Below, in pieces: positions 50,456 through 62,712 of a stretch of 64,000 nucleotides of DNA (its first letter is position 1; each line of letters opens with the position of its first letter). The position numbers were made by a program, and so were the translations under genes. Below the pieces are notes generated by a model, which saw nothing but the letters and a program-made list of their open reading frames with translations, was not told the origin of the DNA and made no database searches. The DNA is taken from NCBI GenBank assembly GCA_963845515.1, contig CAWJSR010000028.1, positions 160,001 to 224,000 on the forward strand, read 5' to 3'. The stretch comes from an uncultured delta proteobacterium. GTDB lineage: Bacteria > Myxococcota > Myxococcia > Myxococcales > Anaeromyxobacteraceae.

Positions 50456-51166
50456 CTACCCGACGCTTGGCTTGCGGCGATAGAGCAGCAGGCCCACCCC
50501 CAGTCCGAGCAACAGCACACTCGCCGGCTCCGGCACTGCGGATATGGCAATCTCCGTCTGAGTATTGCCACCACCTGGGGAGGCGGGATTCAGAACGAAG
50601 GCAACAACGGCCGAGCCTGCGGCGATGTACTCGGTGAAGTTCCATTGTTTGACATTGTTGGCAAACGAATCAGAGGCCCGATCTGCACCGTTGATCGCGA
50701 GCCCAGCGTGCTGCGCCAAGCTGTTCCCAAAACCACCGGCACCACTGGCCGTGGTGCCCCCAATCGCGACCGTGAAGCTATAGGCGCCTGATGACGGGGC
50801 AATCCACCGGACAGCCGCATTGCCGTAGTCGCTCTCCAACGATACCTTGCCAGGGCCGATGCCGAAGTCGGTGACCCCCGTCGTGTTCTTGTAGACGAAG
50901 ACCTCATTCGGAGCGGCAACGCCGTAGCTGTTCGTGCCCGCGTTCCAGGAAAGCAGACTGAACGCCCCACTCGATAGCTGACCATAGCTCCACGGCCCGT
51001 TGGGGTTCTGATTTGCGACGTAGTCACCAGCGAGATTCCAGCTGGTGGCGCTGGGTGGATTGGGCGGAGGCAGGATGACGCCATCGTCGATGACAAACGC
51101 CTGGACCGGCACTGCAGCCATGATGGCGAACGCCATCGAAAGGCCCAAGACAATCGACTTCTTCAT
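50456..51166 (-). CDS. PEP-CTERM sorting domain protein, lower GC
   Basis: MKKSIVLGLSMAFAIMAAVPVQA signal; SAVPEPASVLLLGLGVGLLLYRRK. Confidence 0.9.
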   Translation of the reverse strand: MKKSIVLGLSMAFAIMAAVPVQAFVIDDGVILPPPNPPSATSWNLAGDYVANQNPNGPWSYGQLSSGAFSLLSWNAGTNSYGVAAPNEVFVYKNTTGVTDFGIGPGKVSLESDYGNAAVRWIAPSSGAYSFTVAIGGTTASGAGGFGNSLAQHAGLAINGADRASDSFANNVKQWNFTEYIAAGSAVVAFVLNPASPGGGNTQTEIAISAVPEPASVLLLGLGVGLLLYRRKPSVG

Positions 51167-51324
51167 CTTCAACCCCCGCTGGATCTTGTACGGTGCATCA
51201 TGCTCTGACATAGCGCGATGGGCAACTTGTATTCCACTCGTGTCCCTAACATTGACGCTGCCGTCCTCGACAAACCCTGGCCAATGGGAGCGAAAGCAGC
51301 CGGGGATGGGCAGTTCGGGAATCG

Positions 51325-51564
51325 TCAGCGCAAGAAGATCAACGATGCGCGCGCACGCAGTTGGGCCGCACGTTCTGGATCTGTGGATTCGATGGCGTTC
51401 GCTTCACGGTGCAAGCCTTCCATTTCCTCCACCTTGTCGACGATCCTGTTCGGGCTCGACAACGCGTCCAGGACGGCATCGATTTCGTGAGCAAGGGCTG
51501 CAACGGCAGCCATGATCCGAGCGCGCCGGCCGGTGGAACTGTGCATCGATGCTCGCATGGTCAT
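51325..51564 (-). CDS. Small hypothetical helical protein
   Basis: Amphipathic sequence AALAHEIDAVLDALSSPNRIVDKVEEM...DPERAAQLRARA; start uncertain. Confidence 0.45.
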   Translation of the reverse strand: MTMRASMHSSTGRRARIMAAVAALAHEIDAVLDALSSPNRIVDKVEEMEGLHREANAIESTDPERAAQLRARASLIFLR

Positions 51565-51766
51565 TCCCCTGCACAGCCGCCGGTCGACGCAGTCGGGAAC
51601 GACAGGGCGGCGGCTGTCTGAACCGGGCCACCGCGGGTGGGCGTCGGTCGGCCGCAGCCAGCATAGGATCCAGCCGCTTTCGCGCATCCGGAACATTGGG
51701 GATGTGCCAGCACAACCGAGCATCGGTCCGGCTGCCCACGGTCAGCCGTCGAAAACGGCCGACGGC

Positions 51767-52816
51767 TCAGCCGGCCGAGAAGACCTGGTCGAGCTGTGTG
51801 CGCCAGCGCTGCTTGTACGCATCTTCGACAAAGCTGGACTCGAAGCTGTTGGCCGCCAGCTGCCAGGCATGGTGCGCCGTCAGCGCCGGCAGCGCGTCGA
51901 AGGTCTGCACGAAGTTGTCGTTGATGTAGCCGCCGAAGTAGGCCGGATCGTCGCTGTTGACGGTGGCGCACAGGCCGGCGTCGAGCAGCGCCTTCAGGTT
52001 GTGCTGGGCCAGCGTCGGGAACACGCACAGCTTGACGTTGGACAGCGGGCACACCGTCAGCGGCATGCGCAGCGCGGCCAGGCGCTGCACCAGCGCCGGA
52101 CTCTCGACACAGCGCACGCCATGGTCGATGCGCTCGACCTTCAGCACGTCGAGCGCGGCCTCGATGTAGGCGGGCGGCCCCTCCTCTCCCGCATGCGCGA
52201 CGACATGCAGGCCCAGTTCGCGACACTTCGCGAACACGCGCGCGAACTTCTCCGGCGGGTTGCCGCGCTCGCCGCTGTCCAAGCCCACGCCGATGAAGTG
52301 GTGGCGATAGGGCAGCGCCTGCTGCAGCGTGGCGAACGCGGCCTCTTCGCTGAGGTGGCGCAGGAAGCACAGGATCAGCTTCGCGCTGATGCCGAACTCG
52401 GCATGCGCGCGGCGGCACGCGTGGTCCAGGCCGACGATCACCGCTTCGATGGGCACGCCGCGATCGGTGTGTGTCTGCGGGTCGAAGAAGATTTCCGCAT
52501 GCACCACGTTGTCGGCCGCGGCGCGTTCGAAGTAGGCCCAGGCCATGTCGAAGAAGTCTTCTTCCTTCAACAGCACCGCCGCGCCAGCGTAGTACAGGTC
52601 GAGAAAACTCTGCAGGTCGGTGAAGGCATAGGCCGCGCGCAGCGCCTCGACGCTGCGGTACGGCAAGGCGACACCGTTGCGCTGCGCGAGCTTGAAGATC
52701 AGCTCCGGCTCGAGCGAGCCTTCGATGTGCACATGCAGTTCGGCCTTGGGCATGGTGCGCAGCAGCGCCGGCAGGCGCTCACGCGCGATGGCGTCGAAAT
52801 CGATCTGGGGCATGGG
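51767..52816 (-). CDS. add: Adenosine/adenine deaminase (add family), copy 1
   Basis: PKAELHVHIEG, HAGEEG, RIDHG, VCPLSN, NSDDPAYFGG. Confidence 0.92.
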   Translation of the reverse strand, partial: PMPQIDFDAIARERLPALLRTMPKAELHVHIEGSLEPELIFKLAQRNGVALPYRSVEALRAAYAFTDLQSFLDLYYAGAAVLLKEEDFFDMAWAYFERAAADNVVHAEIFFDPQTHTDRGVPIEAVIVGLDHACRRAHAEFGISAKLILCFLRHLSEEAAFATLQQALPYRHHFIGVGLDSGERGNPPEKFARVFAKCRELGLHVVAHAGEEGPPAYIEAALDVLKVERIDHGVRCVESPALVQRLAALRMPLTVCPLSNVKLCVFPTLAQHNLKALLDAGLCATVNSDDPAYFGGYINDNFVQTFDALPALTAHHAWQLAANSFESSFVEDAYKQRWRTQLDQVFSAG

Positions 52817-52861
52817 CATCGGCCGGTGGGTTGGCAATGCCCCATTCTGCCGCTGCGCCGG

Positions 52862-53884
52862 TCAGGCTGCGGCCCAGGCGACCAGTTCGCGCCGCAGCCG
52901 GGCCTTGGTGGCGTCGTCGGCGAAGCAGGCATCGATCGAGGTCGCGGCCAAGTCACGCAGTACCGAGTCGCTCCAGCCGAAATGCTGTTGGCACAGCGCG
53001 TACTCGCGCGGCAGCGTGGTCCCGAGCAGGCTCGGATCGTCGGTGTTCAGCGACACCGCGACGCCGGCGCGCCGCAGCGCATCGACCGGATGGGCCTGCA
53101 GCGACGGGTAGACCTTCAGCACCAGGTTCGAGCTCGGGCACACGCCGAGCGGGATGCGACGCCGTGCCAGCAGCGCGACCAGCGCCGGATCCTCGATCGC
53201 GCGCACGCCGTGGTCGATGCGGTCGGCACCGAGCAGTTCGATCGCGTCGCGCACCCCCGCGGCTCCGCTCGACTCGCCTGCATGAACGGTACGGCGCAGC
53301 CCGGCCGCGCCAGCGCGGCGGAAAGCCTCGGCAAAACGCGGTCCGGAGCGCCCGGTGGCCGCCTCGTTGCCGTCGACCGACAACGCCACCACGCGCGGGT
53401 GCCTCCAGGCAATCAGCGCTTCGACCAGTTCCAGCGCCTCGGCCTGCGTCTGCGTGCGCAACAGGCTGATGCACAGCCCCACCCGCGGCAGCCCGTCCTG
53501 TTCGGCTTCGCGGAAGCCCGCGTCGAGGGCATCGAGCATCGCGCGCAGCCGGCCATGCCATGGGCCCCAGTGCGTCGGGTTGACGATCAGGTCGGCATAG
53601 CCGGTGCCGTCCTCGGCCAGGCGGCGGCAGAAGTCTCGCGCCAGATCGGCGAGCCGCTCGGCACGGTCGGCCAGGTGGCAGGCCCAGTCGAGGAATTCGA
53701 GGAAATCGGCCAGCCCCTGGAAGTGGAACAGCGATTCGCGCGGCCGCGGCATGGCCACGCCGGCGGCGCGTGCCCAGCGCTCCAGCGTGGCCGCTTCGAA
53801 GGTGCCTTCCAGGTGCACGTGCACCTCGGCTTTGGGCAGCGACTTCAGGCGCTGCAGGTCGATGGCAGAAGGCGGATCGTTCAT
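52862..53884 (-). CDS. Adenosine deaminase family protein, divergent copy 2
   Basis: PKAEVHVHLEG, HAGES, RIDHG, VCPSSN, NTDDP. Confidence 0.9.
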   Translation of the reverse strand: MNDPPSAIDLQRLKSLPKAEVHVHLEGTFEAATLERWARAAGVAMPRPRESLFHFQGLADFLEFLDWACHLADRAERLADLARDFCRRLAEDGTGYADLIVNPTHWGPWHGRLRAMLDALDAGFREAEQDGLPRVGLCISLLRTQTQAEALELVEALIAWRHPRVVALSVDGNEAATGRSGPRFAEAFRRAGAAGLRRTVHAGESSGAAGVRDAIELLGADRIDHGVRAIEDPALVALLARRRIPLGVCPSSNLVLKVYPSLQAHPVDALRRAGVAVSLNTDDPSLLGTTLPREYALCQQHFGWSDSVLRDLAATSIDACFADDATKARLRRELVAWAAA

Positions 53885-53902
53885 GCCGGTCTCGGACAGA
53901 CG

Positions 53903-53930
53903 AAAAACGCCGCCGGGCGCGCGGCGGCGT
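53903..53930 (-). terminator. Rho-independent terminator after the BMP gene
   Basis: 9-bp stem ACGCCGCCG/CGGCGGCGT followed by a T tract on the minus strand. Confidence 0.75.
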
Positions 53931-53947
53931 CGATCGCCGGAGCGGTC

Positions 53948-55100
53948 TTACTTGCCGGCCGGGATCTTGCCGTCCACGCCCTTGACGTAGAAGTCGACCT
54001 TGTCCTTCCAGGCCTGGTCGGGCATCGCGTCCTTGGGCAGGCGTTCCTTGCCTTCGTTGTCGACGATCGGGCCCTTGAACGGGTCCATCGTGCCGGCCTT
54101 GTAGCCTTCCTTGACCTCGGCGATCTTCTTCTTGATCTCCTCGGGCACGGCGTCGTTGATCTTGATCACGCCGTTGGCGTCTTCCTTGTAGCCCCAGATG
54201 GTGCGCTCGGACTTCCAGGTGCCGTCCATCACCGACTTGACGGCCTTCTTGTAGTACGGGCCCCAAACACCATGTTCGACGCCAGGTGCGCCTTCGGCGC
54301 CACCGCGCTCATGTCGGCGTCCCAGCCGAAGGCGAACTTGCCGTTCTTCTCGGCCGTCTGCAGCACCGCCGACGAGTCGGTGTTCTGCAGCAGCACGTCG
54401 GCGCCGGCGTTGATCAGGCTCTGCGCGGCCTCGGCTTCCTTCGGCGGATCGAACCAGGTGCTGACCCACACCACCTTGGTCTTGATCTTCGGGTTGACGC
54501 TCTGCGCACCCAGCGTGAAGGCGTTGATGTTGCGCAGCACTTCAGGGATCGGGAAGCTGCCGACGAAGCCCAGCGTGTTGGTCTTGGTCATCGCGCCGGC
54601 GATGATGCCCGACAGGTACGCGTCCTGGTAGAAGCGGGTGTCGTACACGCCCATGTTCGGCGCCAGCTTGTAGCCGGTGGCATGCTCGAACTTGACGTCG
54701 GGGAACTCGGCCGCCACCTTCAGCGTCGGCTCCATGTAGCCGAAGCAGGTGGTGAAGATGATCTTGTTGCCCTGCGCCGCCAGGTCGCGGATCACGCGCT
54801 CGGCGTCGGCGCTCTCGGGCACCTTCTCGACGAAGGTGGTCTTGACCTTGTCGCCGAACTCGGCCTCGACCGCCTTGCGGCCCTGGTCGTGCGCGAAGGT
54901 CCAGCCGGCATCGCCGACCGGGCCGATGTAGACCCAGGCGGCCTTCAGCGGCTCGGCGGCGGGCGCGGCGGCAGCCGCCGGCGCGGATGCGGGCGCGGCG
55001 GCCTGCGGCGCGCGGCTCTTCCTTCTTGCCGCAACCGACCAGCGCGGCCACGCCGCCGCGGCCGCCAGCCCAGCAGGCTGCGTTTGGAGAAGGTGCTCAT
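53948..55100 (-). CDS. BMP-family nucleoside/purine ABC substrate-binding lipoprotein (indels)
   Basis: LVGCG lipobox, YIGPVGDAGWTFAHDQGR, FEHATG, WFDPPKE, YVKGV. Confidence 0.9.
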
Positions 55101-55185
55101 GGGGAGATCTCCTCTTGTGGGTGGTTGAGCCACTGACCAACGAGTTCAGCGGCCGCCTTCGCGGTCCGCTGCAACGAGAAAACGA

Positions 55186-56106
55186 TTATGTGCCGGGGTG
55201 GAAGGGCTTCCCCAGCGAGGCCGGCATGTTGATGCGGATCCACGTCGGGTTGCGGCTGATGATGGCCAGCACCACGATGGTGGCGATGTAGGGCAGCATC
55301 GCCAGCAACTGGCTGGAGAAGTTGACGCCCGCGCCCTGCAGCGCGAACTGCGCCATCGTCACGCCGCCGAACAGATAGGCGCCGAGCAACACGCGCACCG
55401 GCCGCCAGGTGGCGAAGGTGGTCAGCGCCAGCGCGATCCAGCCGCGCCCGGCCACCAGCCCTTCGACCCACAGCGGCGCATAGACCACCGACAGGAAGGC
55501 CCCGGCCACGCCGCACAGCGCACCGCCGGCCACCACCGCCACCAGGCGGATCCAGCGCACCTTGTAGCCCAGCGCATGCGCCGACTCGGGCGATTCGCCC
55601 ACCGCGCGCAGCACCAGCCCGGCGCGGCTGCGGTAGAGGAACCACACGGTCGCGGCCATCAGCAGCACCGCGATGTAGACCATCGGATGCTGCTTGAACA
55701 GCGCCGGCCCGATGAACGGGATCTGCCACAGGCCCGGCACCTCGAAGGGCGTGCGCTCCGACAGCTTCTGGCCGACGTAGCCGACGCCGACGAAGGCCGA
55801 GAAGCCGTAGCCGAACAGGCTGATCGCCAGCCCGGTGGCGTACTGGTTGGTGTTGAGCCAGATGACCAGCGCACCGAAGGCGGCCGCCAGCAGGCCACCG
55901 GCCGCCGCGCCGGCAATGAAGGCCGCGGTGTCGCTGCCGGTGGTGAAGGCGGCGGCAAAACCGGCGATGGCGGCGACGAGCATCATGCCCTCCGCGCCCA
56001 GGTTCAGCACCCCGGCCTTCTCGTTGATGAGCAGGCCCAGACCGGCCAGCGCCAGCGGTGTGCCCGAGGCCAGCGTGGCCGCGATCAGCAGTGCGATTTG
56101 GTCCAT
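55186..56106 (-). CDS. Nucleoside ABC transporter permease
   Basis: EKAGVLNLGAEGMM, AVGESPESA, GRGWIALAL, MLPY. Confidence 0.92.
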   Translation of the reverse strand: MDQIALLIAATLASGTPLALAGLGLLINEKAGVLNLGAEGMMLVAAIAGFAAAFTTGSDTAAFIAGAAAGGLLAAAFGALVIWLNTNQYATGLAISLFGYGFSAFVGVGYVGQKLSERTPFEVPGLWQIPFIGPALFKQHPMVYIAVLLMAATVWFLYRSRAGLVLRAVGESPESAHALGYKVRWIRLVAVVAGGALCGVAGAFLSVVYAPLWVEGLVAGRGWIALALTTFATWRPVRVLLGAYLFGGVTMAQFALQGAGVNFSSQLLAMLPYIATIVVLAIISRNPTWIRINMPASLGKPFHPGT

Positions 56107-56119
56107 GGTGGCGGCTTTC

Positions 56120-57207
56120 TCAGTGTGCAGCCGCGAGCGCGGAGCGCACGCGGATGCGGTAGTGGATCAAGGTGTCGCAGGCCAGCAGCACCAGCAGCAG
56201 CAGCCCCTGGAACACGCCGGTCAGCGCGTTCGGCAGGCCCAGGCGCGACTGGCCGAGCTCGCCGCCGATGATCATGGTCGACAGCAGCAGGCCCGCGAAG
56301 ATGATGCCCACCGGATGCAGCCGGCCGACGAAGCAGACGATGATGGCGGTGAAGCCCAGCCCGGTGGACACATGCGGCGTGATCTGCTTGAAGGTGCCGA
56401 TGGCCTCGATGCCGCCGGCCAGCCCGGCCAGGCCGCCGGAGATCAGCAGCGCGGTCCACAGCGAGGTGCTGGCCGAGAAGCCCGCGTAACGCGCCGCCGC
56501 CGGCGCCAGCCCGCCCACCTGCAGCTGGTAGCCGCGGAACAGGCGGAACATGAACACCCAGGCCAGCGCCACCAGCACCAGCGCGATGAGGAAGCCGATG
56601 TGCAGCCGCGTGCCGCTCATCAGGTTGGGCAGCCAGGTGGAGGCGTCGAAGTTCTTGGTCTGCGGGAAGTTGAAGCCGGCCGGGTCCTTCCACGGGCCGA
56701 AGACCATGTAGTTGACGAGCTGCTGCGCCACGTACACCAGCATCAGGCTGACCAGGATCTCGCTGGCATTGAACTTGTCGCGCAGCAGCGCGGTGATGCC
56801 GGCCCAGGCCATGCCGCCGAGCACGCCGCCGGCCAGCACCAGCGGCACGGCGATGATCTTCGGCAGCACGATGCCGCTGGTGGTGAGCCACAGCGCGACG
56901 CCGCCGCCGGTGAGCACGCCCGAGCAGGAACTGCCCTTCGGCACCGATGTTCCAGACGTTGGAGCGGTAGCACACCGCCAGGCCGAGCGCGATGACGATC
57001 AGCGGCGTGGCCTTGAGCACGCACCTCGCTGATCTGGCGCATGCTGGAGAAGGGCTCGACGAAGAACATGCCCAGGCCGCGCACCGGGTCCTTGCCGAGC
57101 GCCACGAACAGCAGCGCGGCGATGATCGCGGTGAGCACCAGCGCCAGCAGCGGCGACAGCAGCGACATCAGCTTCGAGGGCTGCGGGCGGGCTTCAAGCC
57201 TGAGCAT
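56120..57207 (-). CDS. Nucleoside ABC transporter permease (indels)
   Basis: MLRLEAR start, WNIGAEGQ, SEILVSLML, GFTAIIV...LHP. Confidence 0.88.
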
Positions 57208-58752
57208 GGCGCGCTCCTGGGGCAAAGGTGGGCACGGGCGGCGCGGTGGGCTGCCGGCCGACGGCCACAGCCCGGACATCCATTCGCCGATGCGCTCGAT
57301 GGTGGCCTCGGCGGTGGGGATCGACGGCGACATGCGCCCTTGCGCGATGACGATCAGGCGGTCGGCGATCTCGAACAGCTCGTCGAGTTCTTCGCTGACG
57401 ATGAGCAGCGCGCAGCCGGCGTCGCGCAGCTTCAGCAGTTCGCCGCGGATCAGCGCGGCCGCGCCGACATCGACGCCCCAGGTCGGCTGGCTGACGATCA
57501 GCAGCTTCGGGTTGGCGTCGATCTCGCGGCCGACGATGAACTTCTGCAGGTTGCCGCCGGACAGGCTCTTCGCCGCCGCGCCGGTGCCGCCGGCCTTGAC
57601 GTTGAAGCGCTCGATCAGGTTGGCGGCCAGCAGATCGACCTTCGCGGTGTTGATCCAGCCCGAGGCGCTGACCGCCTCGGTGCGCGTGAGCAGCGTGTTC
57701 TGCGCCAGGCTCATCACCGGCACCGCGCCGCGGCCCAGCCGCTCCTCGGGCACGAAGTGCAGGCCTTCCTTGCGCCGCCGTCGCGGCGAATGCGAGGCGA
57801 TGTCCTTGCCGAAGAGCTTGATCGAGCCCGCCGGGCCGCGCGGGTCTTCGCCCGACAGCGCGGCCATCAGCTCCTGCTGGCCGTTGCCGGAGACGCCGGC
57901 GACGCCGACGATCTCGCCGGCGCGCACGTCGAAGGCGATGTCCGTCAGCGTGGTGCCGAACTGGTCGAGCTTGGGCACCGACAGGCCCTTCACCGCGATC
58001 ACCACCTCGCCGGCCTTGACGGCCTTGTGCTGCAGCTGCGGCGGCTCGGCGCCGATCATCAGCCGCGACAGGCCGGCGTTGGTCTACGGTGCGCGGATCG
58101 ACCATGCCGGTGACCTTGCCGCCGCGCAGCACGGTGCAGTTGTGGCACAGCGCGCGGATCTCGTCGAGCTTGTGGCTGATGTACAGGATGGAGCAGCCGT
58201 CGGCCGCCAGCTGGCGCAGCGTGACGAACAGCTTCTGCACCGCCTGCGGCGTCAGCACCGAGGTGGGCTCGTCCAGGATCAGCAGCTTCGGGCTGGTGAG
58301 CAGCGCGCGCACGATCTCGACACGCTGGCGCTCGCCCACCGACAGCGAATGCACCGGCCGCAGCGGCTCCACGTCCAGGCCGTAGTCCTTGCTGACCTTG
58401 CGTGATGCGCTGCGTGATCTCGGGCAGCTTCATCGCTCTTGTCCAGGCCGAGCCAGACGTTCTCGGCCGCGGTCAGCGTGTCGAACAGGCTGAAGTGCTG
58501 GAACACCATGCTGATGCCCAGGGCGCGCGCCTGCTGCGGGTTCTTGATGTCGACCTTCTCGCCGTTCCAGCGGATCTCGCCTTCGTCGGGCCGCACCGCG
58601 CCGTAGATCATCTTCATCATCGTGCTCTTGCCGGCGCCGTTCTCGCCGAGCACGGCGTGGATCTCGCCGGGCTGCACCTGCAGGTTGACGTTGTCGTTGG
58701 CCCGCACCGCCGGGTATTGCTTGCTGATGCCGATCAGTTCGAGTCGCAGCAT
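57194..58752 (-). CDS. ABC transporter ATPase with two nucleotide-binding domains (indels)
   Basis: GENGAGKST, LSVGERQ, LILDEPT, LSGGNLQK, QPTWGVD. Confidence 0.92.
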
Positions 58753-58783
58753 GGTGTGTCTCCTGGCGTGGTGATCTCAGCGT

Positions 58784-60086
58784 TCAGTCGGCGCGGCGGT
58801 GCCGGCACACGCCGGCCACCCAGCTTTCCACCAGATCGCGCTCGTCGCCGAGCGTGATCCAGGCAAAGACCTTCTCATGCAAATCGCGCGCCACCTGCTG
58901 GCGGCGCCGGGCCACCGGGCTGCTGGCCCAGTCCCAGACGCACAGGTCGGCGCAGCGCGCCGCCTTCGAGCGAGCCGATCTCGTGGCCCAGGCCCAGTGC
59001 CTGCGCGGCACCGCGCGTGGCCGCATGCAGCAGCGCCCAGGCGCTGAGCTTGGTGCCGGCCATCGCCTGCACCTTGTAGCCGTCGGCCATGCGTGCGCTG
59101 CATCGACAGGCTGGTGCCGCCGCCCACGTCGCTGGCCAGGCTGATGGCCACGCCGGCGTCTTCGGCCGCGGCCCAGCCGAACAGGCCGCTGCCCAGGAAC
59201 AGGTTGGAGCTGGGGCTGTGGGCGATCTGCGCGCCGCGCTCGTGCAGCAGCGCGCGGTCGGCATCGTCGAGCCAGATGCCGTGGGCCAGCACCGCGCGCT
59301 GGTTCAGCAGGCCGAAGCGCTCGTAGACATCGAGGTAGCTGCGCGCCTGGGGGAAGAGTTCGGCCACCCAGCGCACCTCGGCCGGGTTCTCGGCCACGTG
59401 GGTCTGCATGTACAGGCCCTCGTGGTCGCGCCAGCAGCCGCCCGGCCATGGCCAGCTGCGCGTCGCTGCTGGTCGGCGCAAAGCGCGGCGTCACCGCATA
59501 GGCCAGCCGGCCGCTGGCCGTGCCAGCGCTCGATCAGCTCGCGGCAATCGGCTTCGGCACCGTCGACGTCGTCGCACAGCTCGGGCGGCGCGTGGCGGTC
59601 CATCAGCACCTTGCCGGCGATCAGCCGCATGCCGCGCTGCGAGGCGGCGTCGAACAGCGCGTCGACCGACGCCTTGTGCACGGTGGGGAAGACCACCGCG
59701 CTGGTGGTGCCGTGGGCCAGCAGCGCGTCGAGGAACAGCTGCGAGCCGGCCTGGGCCTGCGCCGGGTCGGCCATGCGCCGCTCGGCCGGGAAGGTGTAGG
59801 TCTCCAGCCAGTCGAGCAGCTGCGCGCCCCAGGAGCCGATGACGTCGAGCTGCGGGCTGTGCACGTGCGTGTCGATGAAGCCGGGCAGCACCAGCTTGCC
59901 GGCATGGTCGATGCGCCGCCAGGTGATATCGGGCGCGGCGGCCTGCGCGCCGACGATGTGGCTGCCTTCGATGAGCAGCCAGTGGTCGGGCCGGAAGCGC
60001 ACCGCCGGGCTGTCGCGCTCGGCACGCGCCGGCGCGGCGACGAAGTCCAGCAGGTCGCCGCGCAGGGCGATGCGGGTGGCGCTCAC
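58784..60086 (-). CDS. guaD: Guanine deaminase (indels)
   Basis: PGFIDTHVHSPQ, LLDWLETYTFP, VTPRFA, QTHVAEN, SNLFLGSG, SDVGGG. Confidence 0.92.
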
Positions 60087-61046
60087 TGTGCCTGCTCCGG
60101 CTCGGACAGCTGCCGCGCCACGTCGCGCACACGCTCGCGCAGCCAGCGCAGCGGCGGCGCGGCATGGGTGCGGTCGTGCCACAGCTGGTAGTAGGTCAGC
60201 GGCGGAAACTGCACCGGGCAGCGCACGATGCGCAGGTCCAGCGCCGCGACATAGCGCGTGCAGAACAGCCGGCCGGTGGTCAGCACCAGCCAGCTGCGCG
60301 ACACCATCAGCGGGATCAGGCTGAAGTGCGCGCTGCGCACCACGATGTTGCGCTGCAGGCCCTGCGCCGCCAGGTGCTCGTCGATGACGCCGGGCGCGGC
60401 CGCATGGAAGGCCATCGGCGCGACGTGCTCGCTTTGCAGGTAGCGCTCCACGGTCCAGCCGCGGCCGCCGCGCACCGCCGGGTGGTCGGCGGCCACCAGG
60501 CAGACGACCTCGTCGCTCATCAGCCGCCCCAGGTGCAGTTCCTCGGGCGGCTGCAGCCAGTTGCCGATGACCAGGTCGACCTCGCCCGAGGCCAGCTTGC
60601 GCCGGTAGTCGATCTCGGCCGACAGCGGGTGCAGTCTCCACCTGCGCCAGCGGCGCCTCGCGCTTGAGCAGCGCCACGATGCGCGGCAGGAACAGCGGGT
60701 CCAGGTAGTCGCTGGCGGCGATGCGGAAGCTCAAGCGTGGCGCTGGCCGGATCGAAGGGGCCGCTGCGCTGCTGCGGCGCGAACAGCAGCTCGGCCTCGC
60801 GCAGCAGCCGCGCGGCCGGCTCCAGCATGGCCAGCGCCGCGTCGGTGGGCGCCAGGCCCTGGCCCGAACGCACCAGCAAGCGGGTCTCCGGTCAGCGCGC
60901 GCAGCCGCTTCAGCTGGGCGCTGACCATCGGCTGCGTGCTTTGCAGACGCATCGCGGCGCGGGAGACACTGCGTTCGCTGATCACGGTAATGCAAGACCT
61001 TCACGAGATGGAGGTCAATGGTGGAGACTAGCGAACGCTGTGCCAT
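60083..61046 (-). CDS. LysR-family transcriptional regulator (indels)
   Basis: IDLHL..., ERSVSRAAMRLQSTQPMVSAQLKRLR, FRIAASDY, YYQLWH; divergent from xdhA. Confidence 0.9.
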
Positions 61047-61141
61047 ACGATTCATCGCATATTACTTAGTGCATGGATCGTATATTGCTTTGCGCCAGCA
61101 GGCGCTAGTGTTCGCACTGTCCGATGTCAGCGAGAACCCGT

Positions 61142-62700
<1,559 letters not shown>

Positions 62701-62712
62701 GGGAGACCTGTC

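Noticed and set aside
51512..54631. Very long ORFs in the track (e.g. 51512-54631 +, 46805-49345 + upstream part, 25341-28097 -, 1138-3270 -, 7760-9664 - upstream part)
   Set aside because: They are antisense or alternate-frame shadows of real genes, expected in high-GC DNA, with Arg/Ala/Gly-rich nonsense composition.
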